DNA of 64,000 nucleotides from Synechococcales cyanobacterium VAR_4_metabat_354 (GCA_031414775.1 JANOQI010000062.1:160001-224000), one strand, 5' to 3'; positions 31,092 through 41,663 are shown, counted from the stretch's first letter. Notes: a model not told the origin generated them from the sequence alone. Made by a program: numbers and translations.

Positions 31092-31319
31092 ATGTGGAAA
31101 GTCACAATTCAATGCTCCGATGATAGCTGGCGCATCCAGGCCAATGCTTTCAAAGCGATCGCCGAAAAATATCCTGGTACCCTCCTCTCCTCCAAAAAAA
31201 TGCCCGGAGACGATCGAAGGATTATGTCTTACCAGCTCGAAGACGTTAGTGATGCCGAAGAATTTACCGCCGAATGTATGACTCTAGATGGCTTGAGTGC
31301 CATGTTTGAATCTCTTTAG
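31092..31319 (+). CDS. Small hypothetical protein
   Basis: 75-aa ORF with AGGA RBS, co-oriented with the downstream SDR gene. Confidence 0.7.
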   Translation: MWKVTIQCSDDSWRIQANAFKAIAEKYPGTLLSSKKMPGDDRRIMSYQLEDVSDAEEFTAECMTLDGLSAMFESL

Positions 31320-31347
31320 ATATCTTTGCTAGCCAATATTCTCAGCC

Positions 31348-32229
31348 ATGACCCGCAAAAAAATATTAATTACGGGAGCCACCGGCTTTTTAGGCTGGTA
31401 CCTTTGTGCCGCTGCTCACCAAGAATGGGAAGTCTACGGCACCACTCATTCTACGTCGGCCAAAATTCCGCACACTAAATTATTGCCCGTTGATCTCACC
31501 AATACAGCAGCGCTAGCCGAGTTGTTTCAGACTGTGCAACCAGATGCCGTCATTCACGCTGCTGCCCTCTCTCAGCCCAACGCCTGCGAAGTACAGCCTG
31601 AAAATTCGTGGGCAATTAACGTGCAAACTTCTTGGCGCATCGCCGAACACTGTGCTGCTTTAAACATTCCCTGTGTCTTTACTTCCACTGACCAAGTATT
31701 TGATGGCCAGCGGGGCAACTACCGCGAAACCGATCCGGTGGCACCAGTGAATCGCTATGGCGAGCATAAAGTTCTAGCTGAAGAGGGTATGCGATCGCGT
31801 TATCCTCAAGCCATCATTTGTCGGTTGCCTTTAATGTTTGGGGCTACGCCTCATGCGCCCAGCTTTTTGCAAGGATTTGTGGCTAAGTTGCGCCAGGGTG
31901 AACCGCTCCAGCTTTTTACCGACGAATACAGAACCCCGGCTAGTGGGGAATCGATCGCTCAAGGAATTTTGCTGGCTCTAGCTTCGGATATCTCCTGTTG
32001 GCATTTGGGGGGTCAAGAACGTTTATCGCGCTATGAATTTGGACAACACTTGGTGGAAACATGGCAATTACCAGTGAACCTGCTACAACCCTGTTTACAA
32101 GCAACTGTACCGATGGCTGCGCCGCGTCCAGCTGATGTTTCTTTGGATAGTTCGTTGGCTTTCAGCAAAGGATATACCCCATCAGGAATTGGACAAGAAC
32201 TACAAAAGCTAAAGATTCAACTTGGTTAG
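31348..32229 (+). CDS. RmlD-like NAD(P)-dependent oxidoreductase (extended SDR)
   Basis: ITGATGFLG, STDQVFDG, YGEHK, FTDEYRTP, RPADVSL. Confidence 0.9.
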   Translation: MTRKKILITGATGFLGWYLCAAAHQEWEVYGTTHSTSAKIPHTKLLPVDLTNTAALAELFQTVQPDAVIHAAALSQPNACEVQPENSWAINVQTSWRIAEHCAALNIPCVFTSTDQVFDGQRGNYRETDPVAPVNRYGEHKVLAEEGMRSRYPQAIICRLPLMFGATPHAPSFLQGFVAKLRQGEPLQLFTDEYRTPASGESIAQGILLALASDISCWHLGGQERLSRYEFGQHLVETWQLPVNLLQPCLQATVPMAAPRPADVSLDSSLAFSKGYTPSGIGQELQKLKIQLG

Positions 32230-33206
32230 TTTTTGACCAGACAATTTTGTAAGCTGTGGCCAATGGCTTGCTCATCTAGACCCTTGCCAATGAATACTAT
32301 TTGGTTTTTTGGTGTGCCTCGCCAATTGTCACTATTGATGTCATAGCGTTTGCCGCAGAGCTGAAAAACATGACGTTGCTCGCTTTCTTGAAACCATAAA
32401 ATTCCTTTGCTGCGAAAAATATTATCAGCTAAGCCTGTGATGAATTCTTGAAACTTGGCAATTTGCAATGGTCGATCGAACTCAAAGGCGATCGACATCC
32501 AATGGTCAGCGGCTAAATGATCGCTGTGCTGATGGTGAGCATGATCATCCACCGTATTACTATCCAAACTTGCCAGCTGTACATCCAAGAGCAAAGATAG
32601 CGGCACCTGACACCGCTGGGTTTCTATTACCATGGCATCAGTTTTCAAGGTTGCTAATTTAGCTTGCACGTTACCTAACTGCGTTCGATCGACTAAATCT
32701 ATTTTATTAACCAGCAACAAGTCGCTATGAATCAGCTGATTCCGAACAGCATCACTGTGATAGTACTCAGCATCAAAGTTCATGGCATCCACTACACCTA
32801 CAACCGCATCTAAGCGCGTCAGCCCGCGCAGATCCGAATTTTTTAGCGTGGCTATAATCGGCACCGGGTCAGCAATGCCGCTAGTTTCAATTACCAAATA
32901 ATCAATTTTTTGCTCACTGGTGAGCATCTTAAACACTGCTGCTACCAAATCTTCATTAATGGTGCAACAAATACAGCCATTACTGAGCTGCACCATGCCT
33001 TCTTCGATCGATTCCAATAGTTGGCTGTCAATATCAATCTCGCCAAATTCATTGACCAGCACCCCCATCTTCAAACCATGTTCGCCAGTCAAAATATGGT
33101 TGAGCAAGGTTGTTTTACCGCTGCCTAGAAAACCGGTGATAATCGTCACTGGCATTCCTCGCTTCGGAATCTTGATGCTGGCGGGACCGATCGGCATGGT
33201 TGGCAT
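32226..33206 (-). CDS. COG0523/CobW-family metallochaperone GTPase
   Basis: GFLGSGKTT, NEFGE, GCICC, ETSG, NKID, His-rich linker, RSKG. Confidence 0.93.
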   Translation of the reverse strand: MPTMPIGPASIKIPKRGMPVTIITGFLGSGKTTLLNHILTGEHGLKMGVLVNEFGEIDIDSQLLESIEEGMVQLSNGCICCTINEDLVAAVFKMLTSEQKIDYLVIETSGIADPVPIIATLKNSDLRGLTRLDAVVGVVDAMNFDAEYYHSDAVRNQLIHSDLLLVNKIDLVDRTQLGNVQAKLATLKTDAMVIETQRCQVPLSLLLDVQLASLDSNTVDDHAHHQHSDHLAADHWMSIAFEFDRPLQIAKFQEFITGLADNIFRSKGILWFQESEQRHVFQLCGKRYDINSDNWRGTPKNQIVFIGKGLDEQAIGHSLQNCLVKN

Positions 33207-33208
33207 AG

Positions 33209-35068
33209 CTAGCTTCCCAGCATTTGGAGTTGATGTAAGCTGGCATAGAGTCCCCCAGCTTGGATTAGCTCCTCGTGACTACCCGCTTCGGCTAGCGAAC
33301 CTTGCTTTAAAACCAAGATCCGATCGACATAGCGAATGGTCGAGAGGCGATGGGCAATAATAATGGCGGTGCGATCGATCAGTAGTTTATTGAGAGCATC
33401 TTGAATTAAGGCTTCGGTGCCCACATCTAAGTTGGCGGTGGCTTCATCGAGTACCAATACCTTGGGGTTGCGAATGGCAGCGCGAGCAAAGGCCAGCAGC
33501 TGTTTTTGACCGCCAGAAAGATTTGTTCCTCTCTCTCGTAACTGAGTGTTATAGCCTTGGGGTAAATCTTCCAGCAGTCGATCGATATTAGTAATCTGGG
33601 CGGCTTTCTGGACATCCTCGATCGAGTAGTTTTCCCCTAGGGTGATGTTACTTTTGACATCCCCGGCAAACAGAAAACCATCTTGTAAAATCACGCCCAG
33701 GTAGCGGCGCAGTTGTTGCTGTGGCAAGTTGCGAATATCTATACCATCAATTAATATCCGGCCTTTAGTGGGTTCGTAGAGCCGACAAAGTAGCCGGACA
33801 ATAGTACTTTTACCCGCGCCAGTAGGACCGACCAAGGCGATTTTTTCGCCGGGACGAATCGTAAAATCTAGGTCTTGAATGACATAATCATCATCTTTGT
33901 AAGCGAACCAGACATGCTCAAACTGAATTTCGCCACGACTGCCTTGATCGGGGTGGGCAAACTGCGAAGCTAATTTTAAGGCCGTGGCATTTTGAATATC
34001 TTTAATCTCGATCGGCTCCCGCAAAATATCACTAACTCGCTCTACCGCTGTAAACCCAGACTGGATCGCGGTAAATTTTTCGCCGAACTGGCGCAGCGGT
34101 TCAAATAACCGTTGGGCAAAGATAATAAACGCCGATAGGGTACCAATATCTACCTGTTTGCCTACAATCATGTCGGCTCCCAACCACAGCACCACGGCGA
34201 TCGCCACCAGCGAAATCCACTCTAACGTGGCCGAAATAGCCGAATCGTGGAAATTGGTTTTGTCTACCTCAATTACATATCTTTGGTTGATCGATCGAAA
34301 CTGCTCAGCGTTATATTGCTGCCGCCGAAATAGCTGCACCACATTCATCCCCGTCACATTCTCCTGGAGGGTAGCATTCATCGTCGATAATTCTTCCCGG
34401 GCGCGGTAGTTGGCTTTGCGGTACTCATACTGAAAATACACAATCAAGGCACTAACCGGTACCAACATCACGGTCAGAGCCGCTGCCAGTTGCCACTGAG
34501 TAAAAAACATGGTCACTGCCAAAATCACCAACGAAAATAAATCGCTGACAATCCCGATCGCGCCAGTCGTGAAGACATCGCCCAAAGCTTCTACATCATT
34601 GGTGAGCCGGGTAATTAGCTTACCCACGGGCGTATTATCAAAAAAACGCACTCCCAAAGAAGTCACATGATCAAATAAATCCTGACGAATATCGGCGGTG
34701 ATTTGTTGGCCAATCCGCTGAACAGTGTAGCCCTGGATTGCCGACAAGACCAGCCTAATCATCACCGTCACCATCAAAATAAGCGTCAGGGAGTTGAGGG
34801 CATCGGGCAAAGCCATCGCACTAATAAACGACCAAGTAGTCTCTTGCCGAATCCGGGAAATCACCTGACCAATGAGCAAAGGTTGGACAGCATTAGATAC
34901 CGCCAAAGGCACCATAATCAGCAGTGAAAAGAATAATAGCGAACCGCTGCGCCGGGCGTAGGGAATCAGGCGCAAAAACAGCCGCCAGTCTGTCTCTCGT
35001 GGTTGATGAATATCGGACTGTACAGCATTTACCGAGGTAGAAGACATATGAAGACGTAAGGAACCCAT
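33209..35068 (-). CDS. ABC exporter, fused permease/ATPase
   Basis: TM domain, GPTGAGKST, LSGGQKQ, LDEAT, IAHRLST. Confidence 0.94.
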   Translation of the reverse strand: MGSLRLHMSSTSVNAVQSDIHQPRETDWRLFLRLIPYARRSGSLLFFSLLIMVPLAVSNAVQPLLIGQVISRIRQETTWSFISAMALPDALNSLTLILMVTVMIRLVLSAIQGYTVQRIGQQITADIRQDLFDHVTSLGVRFFDNTPVGKLITRLTNDVEALGDVFTTGAIGIVSDLFSLVILAVTMFFTQWQLAAALTVMLVPVSALIVYFQYEYRKANYRAREELSTMNATLQENVTGMNVVQLFRRQQYNAEQFRSINQRYVIEVDKTNFHDSAISATLEWISLVAIAVVLWLGADMIVGKQVDIGTLSAFIIFAQRLFEPLRQFGEKFTAIQSGFTAVERVSDILREPIEIKDIQNATALKLASQFAHPDQGSRGEIQFEHVWFAYKDDDYVIQDLDFTIRPGEKIALVGPTGAGKSTIVRLLCRLYEPTKGRILIDGIDIRNLPQQQLRRYLGVILQDGFLFAGDVKSNITLGENYSIEDVQKAAQITNIDRLLEDLPQGYNTQLRERGTNLSGGQKQLLAFARAAIRNPKVLVLDEATANLDVGTEALIQDALNKLLIDRTAIIIAHRLSTIRYVDRILVLKQGSLAEAGSHEELIQAGGLYASLHQLQMLGS

Positions 35069-35334
35069 CTCAAATCATAGACTTTTTCCTCATTGCTGTC
35101 CGGCGGTAACTGACAATCACTTTTTTGAGTTACTTTTACGGAGAAATGTTGATCCAAGACATAATTTCAGCGATCTGACTCAAAACTTCATCCGTCAACC
35201 AGCTGTAATTTTGAAGCATTGCTAGCCGGATCGTCGTGAGGGGTGTGCAACAAGCTAAAATGGTATAGATTTTAATACGAAGTACTGTCTTGATCCATGT
35301 ACTCAGACATTGAAGGCCACTTCAGGGAGCGTCA

Positions 35335-37281
35335 ATGATTCGCGTTCTACTAGTAGATAACCAAAAGAGTGTTAGAGAAACGCTTAAATCAATCCTCGAA
35401 TTAGCTACCGATTTTGACATTGTGGGCATGGCTGATAGTGGCTTGCAGGCGATCGAACTAGTTCAGCAGCTTCAGCCGGATGTGGTGCTGATGGATATGG
35501 AAATGCCCGGTCTAGATGGAGCCACGGCCACCAAGATGATTGCCCAGGGGGAACTAGGCGCGAAAGTTAAGGTGTTGATTGTCAGTAGCCACAACAATAG
35601 TGAATATGTGGTGCGGTCAATGCAGGCCGGAGCCAAAGGCTATCTGCTCAAAGGTGCATCTGCTGAAGAAATTCAACGAACAGTACGCTATGTCTACCAA
35701 GGAAATTCCCCAACTACTCCGGAGGCATCAGTGGCTGATAAGCCGTTGGGATTGAGCGAAAAAGAAAATGATGATGACCAGTCCACAAATTTGTTCTCAG
35801 ATCAGCCTACAGATATTGCTTCAGACTTATTTTCAGACCAGTCAACAGATTTGGAAGCAGGGCAGACCACAAATCTAGGAGTTTTGACACTCACTGGCTT
35901 TCACACCAAGCCAGATATTCCCCCGGGAAATTCTTCTAATTTTGAGGAACTTCAAGCATCGGAAATGTTGATAGACGTGGTGCCGATCAGTGTTTCTGTC
36001 AGTTCAGGCATTCGATCGCCACGCTGGCGGAAAGTACCAGCAATAGTTATCGCTCTCTTGAGCCTGGGTGGGGGTCTGTATTGGCTCCGTCAATATCTGC
36101 GTCAGGTAGTGCCTCCAGAAACGATGGCCGCAGCGAAATCTGAGCAACCTTCGCCCTTGTCTAATATTCTTTTCACCGGCAAGATTGAGCCAGCCCAAGT
36201 AGTGCCAGTTAATGCTACTACTTCAGGCTTGATTCAGAACATTAAAGTGAAAATTGGCCAGCAAGTAAAAATTGGTGAATCTTTATTAGCGATCCGCAGT
36301 GTGGAAGCCGAACCAGCTCGTCCAGCTCCAAAATCACCAAATTCTGAGGCGGAGCAGCAAGATTTATTGAAAAAACAGAAAGCACTGGCACAGCAACAGC
36401 AACTTTCCCAACAGCGAATTGGTAACTTACAACAAGAAATTAGCAGTAACAAGAAAAAAATTGCTTTGTTGCGCTCTAGCGTTGCCAACGGCTCACGTAT
36501 TCAACAACCACCCAATCAAATTGCTTTGATTCAGCAACAAAAAGAGATGGTTCAGTCAACGAAGGCTAATTATAAGCGCCAACAAATCATTTATCAACGG
36601 AAACAGATGAATGTTACGGCGCAACGTGGTGCTGCTCGTGAACCAAGTGAGCGATTGGTGGCTGAGGTGGAAAGTGCTCGAGTAGAAATGGAATATGCTC
36701 GGTCAAACTATGAAAATGCTCAACTCGCTTTTCAAGAGACTAGAGAAGTACCGACTGATATTCCGTCTGTGACATCTCCAGGTTTTGACGTTCAACAACA
36801 GCTAAACCAGGAAGATAACTTACGTAAATTCGAAGAACAGCTGCGTCAAGAACAGCTCAGCCATAAGCAGCTAACGAATAACTTGCAATCTTTACGGCAG
36901 AAAAGTGATACAGCTTCAATCCCGCAGGTAAGTACGATCGCTAGTGTCCAACCGTTATCAGTAGATGTTGTTGCCAATAAGTCTGGTCATGTAGTAGACC
37001 TTTTAGTTCAAGATGGTACTAAAATCTTTACTAGTAACAAGCTAATGGGAATTGCCCGTAGCCTAAAAGTCTCTACTGACGTGGAGGCAGCCTTGCCACC
37101 GGAACTTCAAGTAGGCTCGAAGTCGATCGTACAAGTAACCGATGGTCAGAAATTCACTGGTGAAATTGTCTCTATCACACCACTGCCCGACCAGCGCAAG
37201 CAAAAAGTAGAGGTCAGTTTTACGACTGCTCAAAATTTCTTAATTGGGCAGTCAGCAACAGTTTCTTTTCCCATGCAATAG
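35335..37281 (+). CDS. Receiver domain fused to a TM-anchored HlyD-like adaptor domain
   Basis: REC (VLMDMEMPGLDG, GYLLK), one TM (IVIALLSLGGGLYWL), lipoyl-like half motifs around a Q-rich coiled coil, C-terminal beta-barrel. Confidence 0.8.
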   Translation: MIRVLLVDNQKSVRETLKSILELATDFDIVGMADSGLQAIELVQQLQPDVVLMDMEMPGLDGATATKMIAQGELGAKVKVLIVSSHNNSEYVVRSMQAGAKGYLLKGASAEEIQRTVRYVYQGNSPTTPEASVADKPLGLSEKENDDDQSTNLFSDQPTDIASDLFSDQSTDLEAGQTTNLGVLTLTGFHTKPDIPPGNSSNFEELQASEMLIDVVPISVSVSSGIRSPRWRKVPAIVIALLSLGGGLYWLRQYLRQVVPPETMAAAKSEQPSPLSNILFTGKIEPAQVVPVNATTSGLIQNIKVKIGQQVKIGESLLAIRSVEAEPARPAPKSPNSEAEQQDLLKKQKALAQQQQLSQQRIGNLQQEISSNKKKIALLRSSVANGSRIQQPPNQIALIQQQKEMVQSTKANYKRQQIIYQRKQMNVTAQRGAAREPSERLVAEVESARVEMEYARSNYENAQLAFQETREVPTDIPSVTSPGFDVQQQLNQEDNLRKFEEQLRQEQLSHKQLTNNLQSLRQKSDTASIPQVSTIASVQPLSVDVVANKSGHVVDLLVQDGTKIFTSNKLMGIARSLKVSTDVEAALPPELQVGSKSIVQVTDGQKFTGEIVSITPLPDQRKQKVEVSFTTAQNFLIGQSATVSFPMQ

Positions 37282-37299
37282 CTAGTTGCTATTTTTTAG

Positions 37300-38349
37300 C
37301 TAACTCGGTTTTTTGGCTAAGATTGCGGCTAACAGTGGCTCTGCCCCAAACCGTACCGCATCGGTGCAGGGTAAGCCTGTTTCTTGGGTGACTAGATCGA
37401 GATATGCTCGCAATTCATCATCACCAAGATTTACGCCGTTGATGGCAATGGCTACTACTGGGGCGGGTTTAAAGGCGCCAGCAGCGCTGGCCAGCTGTTC
37501 ATAAAGCTGTACGACGGCAGACAAGGGTGGGATCGTGATCTGGGGGCAGTTTCTGACCGTGGTTTGACCTGCTCTATGCACCAAAATTAGCTGAGTGGGC
37601 TGGCTGCCCCGCAACAGCGGCAAAGTAGCGGTAGAACCAGGATGAAGAATAGAACCCTGCCCTTCTACGATCAATAGATCTTGACCGGGGCTATGGTCCA
37701 GAATGGTCTGTTCGATCGATCCAGCGGCATGATCAACCTTAATCGCATCCAAGGCCACACCCGAGCCGGAAATCATCAAACCTGCTTGGCCAGTAGCCAC
37801 GAACTTCGACTTAATACCTTGAGCTATACAAACTTTTTGGAGTTCTAAACCGGTAGACATTTTGCCGATCGCCATATCGGTGCCCACCATCAAAACTCTT
37901 TGGCAGGTCAAATCTTGGGCTGCTCCACTACCAATCCGGATGGTGCTCGGTGGCTGGCGCACATCCCAAATCCATTGACCAGGTTGGAGTGCTGGTAATT
38001 GCGGATGGCTGTTCAGCTTAGTGTGTAAGCCATTAATGATCGAAATGCCACTGCTGACCGCAGCTTGCAACTCTGGCCACCAATCATCAGGAATTAAACC
38101 ACCGGAAGGAGCGATGCCAATCACCAAGGCATCGGGCTGGTAGGCTAAAGCCGCCGTGATATCACCGACTATCGGCACTTCCCGCTGAATGCCAGTATTC
38201 TTGACCACCGATTCGCCGACGGCCTCTCGATCGATCACCACTACCACCGGGTTAGGACTATAACGGAGAACTGTCAACCCCGTCTTACCTTGATTGCCTT
38301 TAATCCCATCGTGAAGTAGAACAGCAAGGCGATGGTGTGGTAAAAGCAT
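37300..38349 (-). CDS. DUF1611 family P-loop protein
   Basis: GKTGL, GIAPSGG, NGLH, VGTDMAIGKMST, ATGQAG, EGQGS. Confidence 0.9.
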   Translation of the reverse strand: MLLPHHRLAVLLHDGIKGNQGKTGLTVLRYSPNPVVVVIDREAVGESVVKNTGIQREVPIVGDITAALAYQPDALVIGIAPSGGLIPDDWWPELQAAVSSGISIINGLHTKLNSHPQLPALQPGQWIWDVRQPPSTIRIGSGAAQDLTCQRVLMVGTDMAIGKMSTGLELQKVCIAQGIKSKFVATGQAGLMISGSGVALDAIKVDHAAGSIEQTILDHSPGQDLLIVEGQGSILHPGSTATLPLLRGSQPTQLILVHRAGQTTVRNCPQITIPPLSAVVQLYEQLASAAGAFKPAPVVAIAINGVNLGDDELRAYLDLVTQETGLPCTDAVRFGAEPLLAAILAKKPS

Positions 38350-38518
38350 AGGATGTGATAATCGGCGACAACCCTGCATTATAGGCTAAAATTTCCTGAA
38401 GATTTCATGGGATTTTCATTTTCCAGTGTCAGTCTAAAACTTAACTAGCAAAATTTGTGATCCCTAGTAATATTGCCACAGAGTTTAAAACTAAGTTTAT
38501 TAAAGGAAGAATATCACC

Positions 38519-38656
38519 ATGATTAATTTACTCTCGGTAAAACCAGCGATTATTCGCGACAACCTACCAGCTACGGCCATTACCTTCACTCGCAAATATG
38601 GTAACAAGCATCTAATCCGGCCAGTCAAATTTGTTCAGCAGAGCTTGTCAGTCTAA
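38519..38656 (+). CDS. Putative 45-aa small protein
   Basis: MINLLSVKPAIIRDNLPATAITFTRKYGNKHLIRPVKFVQQSLSV, preceded by AAAGGAAG; below the ORF-track cutoff. Confidence 0.35.
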   Translation: MINLLSVKPAIIRDNLPATAITFTRKYGNKHLIRPVKFVQQSLSV

Positions 38657-38739
38657 GAATTCAATAATTGGCCATATCTGCGGTTGATTGCACCGTGTCA
38701 ACTGCGGTACAGTGGCAGCAGCAGTTACAGTAATCCCCT

Positions 38740-38913
38740 ATGATTCTCCCCGGTTCTGTCGTCAAAATCATCAACAAGAACGATACCTACTATAACTTTC
38801 AAGGTTTTGTGCAAAGAGTTACCGATGGCAAAGCAGCCGTTGTTTTTGAAAACGGTAACTGGGACAAACTAGTGACATTTCGGCTCAGTGAGCTAGAAGA
38901 AATCAAAAAGTAA
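38740..38913 (+). CDS. ndhS: NAD(P)H dehydrogenase (NDH-1) subunit S
   Basis: Manual translation [57 protein letters not shown] (57 aa, absent from the ORF track). Confidence 0.95.
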   Translation: MILPGSVVKIINKNDTYYNFQGFVQRVTDGKAAVVFENGNWDKLVTFRLSELEEIKK

Positions 38914-38979
38914 GGCGTTGATCTTCATTGGTGCAGCTCGTTAAGATGTAAGTAATTACCTCGCAGCGACCTTCTTGAC

Positions 38980-40323
38980 ATGGTTAATATCACTGACATC
39001 TCTACCACCGCCCAAACTATTGCTACCAAACTGGGCATCCAAAAGTTTGATATTTACGGTTCTACTGTAGATGAAACTAGTGTGCAGGTGGAGCGTGGCG
39101 AATCAAAGCAAGTTAAAGCCTCTAATCGATCGGGTGTGACGGTGCGGGTCTGGAATGAAGAAAATACGGTTGGTACTACTAGCACCACTGATATCGACCC
39201 CACTGGTTTGGAACTAGCTCTGAAAACAGCCTACGAAGCTAGTTTCTTTGGTATTAAAGAACATGCTCCCGACTTTAGCCCCGAATCCACCGCCCCAGTA
39301 GCAGAAGTAAAGTTAGAAGTAGCTGAGCCAGCCACTGTCCCGGAATTGGTGGCGAGCCTGATTGCTGCCGAGAAAGAATTACTGGCAGCTCATGAAGCGA
39401 TCGAGAGTGTACCGTACAACGGCCTTAGCCAGCGCCAGGTCGAGCATTTTTATTTAAATAGTCAAGGCGCTAATCGCCACGAAACCCGCTCCTTATCAAC
39501 GATCTATCTCTATACCAAGACCGAGCAAGAGGGCAAAAAGCCGCGCAGTGCTGGCGCTTTTGAGATGAGTGAGAGTTTCCAGAAACTCAAAACTGCCGAG
39601 TGCATAGCTGAAGCGGCGGCTAAAACCATTAGCCACCTGAATTATCAGCAAGTTCCCACCGGTAAATATTTGGTAGCTTTTGCGCCAGAAGCCTTTCTCA
39701 GCTTGCTGGGAGCCTTCTCTAATATTTTTAATGCCCAAAGCATTTTAGATAAGCAAAGCCTTTCCACTCCAGAATCCTTGGGTCAGTCGATCGCCTCACC
39801 GTTGTTATCGATCGCTGATGATGCCCTACACCCTGACAATATTGGAGCCGATACCTTTGATGGCGAAGGCACCCCCACCCGACGAGTGACGCTATTAGAA
39901 AAAGGCATAATTAGCAGTTTTATCCACAGTGCAGGTACTGCCCAACGGCTGGGAACATCTTTGACTGGTCATGCCAATATGGGTTCTAAAATCACCGTTT
40001 CACCGCATTTCTATCATGTCTATGCCAGTGACGAGCCAGCCGCCCAGACTTACAGTTTAGCTGAGGCTGAGAATGTTATTTTGATTGATGATTTACAGGC
40101 ACTCCATGCTGGTGTGCAATCTCTCCAAGGTTCTTTCTCGTTACCTTTTGATGGCTGGTTGATAAATAAGGGTGAGAAGGTCAGCATTGATGCCGCCACT
40201 GTTGCGGGAGACTTTTTGACATTGTTGAAGCAGATTGTTTATGTGGCACCAGAGGCCGAGTTAACTTCTGGTGGTCTCTGTCCAATGGTGTGGGTGGAGG
40301 GTTTATCGATTACTGGCGAATAA
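38980..40323 (+). CDS. pmbA: TldD/PmbA family protein (PmbA/TldE-like)
   Basis: FDGEGTPT, SGVTVRV, GSFSLP, TVAGDF; no HExxxH motif. Confidence 0.85.
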   Translation: MVNITDISTTAQTIATKLGIQKFDIYGSTVDETSVQVERGESKQVKASNRSGVTVRVWNEENTVGTTSTTDIDPTGLELALKTAYEASFFGIKEHAPDFSPESTAPVAEVKLEVAEPATVPELVASLIAAEKELLAAHEAIESVPYNGLSQRQVEHFYLNSQGANRHETRSLSTIYLYTKTEQEGKKPRSAGAFEMSESFQKLKTAECIAEAAAKTISHLNYQQVPTGKYLVAFAPEAFLSLLGAFSNIFNAQSILDKQSLSTPESLGQSIASPLLSIADDALHPDNIGADTFDGEGTPTRRVTLLEKGIISSFIHSAGTAQRLGTSLTGHANMGSKITVSPHFYHVYASDEPAAQTYSLAEAENVILIDDLQALHAGVQSLQGSFSLPFDGWLINKGEKVSIDAATVAGDFLTLLKQIVYVAPEAELTSGGLCPMVWVEGLSITGE

Positions 40324-40860
40324 TTACGGGGTGGGAACGATCCGGCGAAGAGTGAGACTAATGCGTCCTTCGGTCACATTTGCTCTTTTGAGGGCATGGC
40401 TCCAAAACTCTTGGGTGCGTTGGCTCATATACAACAACGAACCATGGGGCAACAAATAGGAGCAGCGTTGGGCATAATCAGCTTTCGATCGAAAGGAAAG
40501 TTTCCGCTCGGTACCCAAAGAGATAATGATAATATCGGTGCCGTCTTCTAGATTATCTATTTCATCGGAATGGAAGCCCATCTTGGAGCGACCATCTTCG
40601 TAGTAATTAATCAGACAACTGTTGGGTTCAAATCCCAATGTTTCTACTAATCGTAGGCACAAAGGCCGGAGCAATGGATGCATTGGCTGACTGGCATAAA
40701 TTAAGCCTGAGTAGTTATAAGGTAGACCGAAACAAGCGGTTTTGCGGGCACTGATCCGTTCATCCCAATTTATTCGATCGCGTAATTGTAGGTATAGGTC
40801 GGTGGCGGCGGTTGGCGATAGATAATTGGGGCGAATTGTAACTTCTGGCTCAGTCATCAT
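40324..40860 (-). CDS. AlkB-like 2-oxoglutarate/Fe(II) dioxygenase
   Basis: NSCLINYYEDG..MGFHSD, ISLG, WSH, RISLTLR. Confidence 0.9.
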   Translation of the reverse strand: MMTEPEVTIRPNYLSPTAATDLYLQLRDRINWDERISARKTACFGLPYNYSGLIYASQPMHPLLRPLCLRLVETLGFEPNSCLINYYEDGRSKMGFHSDEIDNLEDGTDIIIISLGTERKLSFRSKADYAQRCSYLLPHGSLLYMSQRTQEFWSHALKRANVTEGRISLTLRRIVPTP

Positions 40861-40928
40861 GGCGTAAATTAAGACTTGATTGGTCAGGTGGACTTTTTGT
40901 TAAGTATATTCTTCAATAGTCTGTCCGA

Positions 40929-41561
40929 TTAACGTTGACCAAGCATCAAGTTCATTAAGCTATCAATCAGTCGATCGCGTGATAAAGGCACAGTTTCTTT
41001 GCCATAAAAAATCTCTTGCGCCACCACATAAGAAACTAGCGAACCCACAAATATTTGAGCAATCGCCTCTGGATCGGTAAAGCCCAGTTCGGGGTGCCGC
41101 CGAAAGTAATCAGCCACCAAATATCGCCCCTGCTGAATCACTGTGCTGCTATAGAGTTTGGCTAAATGGGGGAAGCGGGCTGACTCGGCCAAAATCAGCC
41201 GAAAGAGCGCTACGTATTCTTCATCCACAATATTGTTGAGATAGGCTTCAGCGAACTGCCGCAGCAGTACTTCTGGTTCACCTTGCAGCGTGGCCGTATG
41301 GAATGCCTGCTGAAACCGCCGGATCGTCATTCGTTCCATCAGGGCTTTGAACAACCCTTCTTTATCCTGAAAATTGCTGTAGATCGTTTGCTTGGATACC
41401 CCGGCTTCGGCAGCGACTCGATCCATACTGGTACCCGCATAACCCGATCGCAAAAACATCTGTACGGCTCCCTGCAAAATCGCTTCTTGCTTGGGCGTAT
41501 AGGTCGTAATATCGGAGTTTTGCAGGAGAGGAGCTGCGAGAGCAGTGTTCTGGTTCGGCAT
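40929..41561 (-). CDS. TetR/AcrR family regulator
   Basis: GYAGTSMDRVAAEAGVSKQTIYSNFQDKEGLF HTH; divergent from the efflux operon. Confidence 0.94.
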   Translation of the reverse strand: MPNQNTALAAPLLQNSDITTYTPKQEAILQGAVQMFLRSGYAGTSMDRVAAEAGVSKQTIYSNFQDKEGLFKALMERMTIRRFQQAFHTATLQGEPEVLLRQFAEAYLNNIVDEEYVALFRLILAESARFPHLAKLYSSTVIQQGRYLVADYFRRHPELGFTDPEAIAQIFVGSLVSYVVAQEIFYGKETVPLSRDRLIDSLMNLMLGQR

Positions 41562-41638
41562 AAGCCAATTATCTATCAACAGAGGTTAATTTGATGGTAT
41601 CTAACGGCCTGATGTTAACTTCTTGCATAGTTCATTTC

Positions 41639-41663
41639 ATCATACTAGACAGTCTAGTATGAT
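41639..41663. promoter_or_regulatory. Probable TetR operator
   Basis: Perfect inverted repeat ATCATACTAGAC-A-GTCTAGTATGAT between divergent tetR and hlyD genes. Confidence 0.8.

Noticed and set aside
38980..40323. TldD/PmbA as part of a RiPP biosynthetic cluster
   Set aside because: No tldD partner, modifying enzymes or convincing precursor nearby
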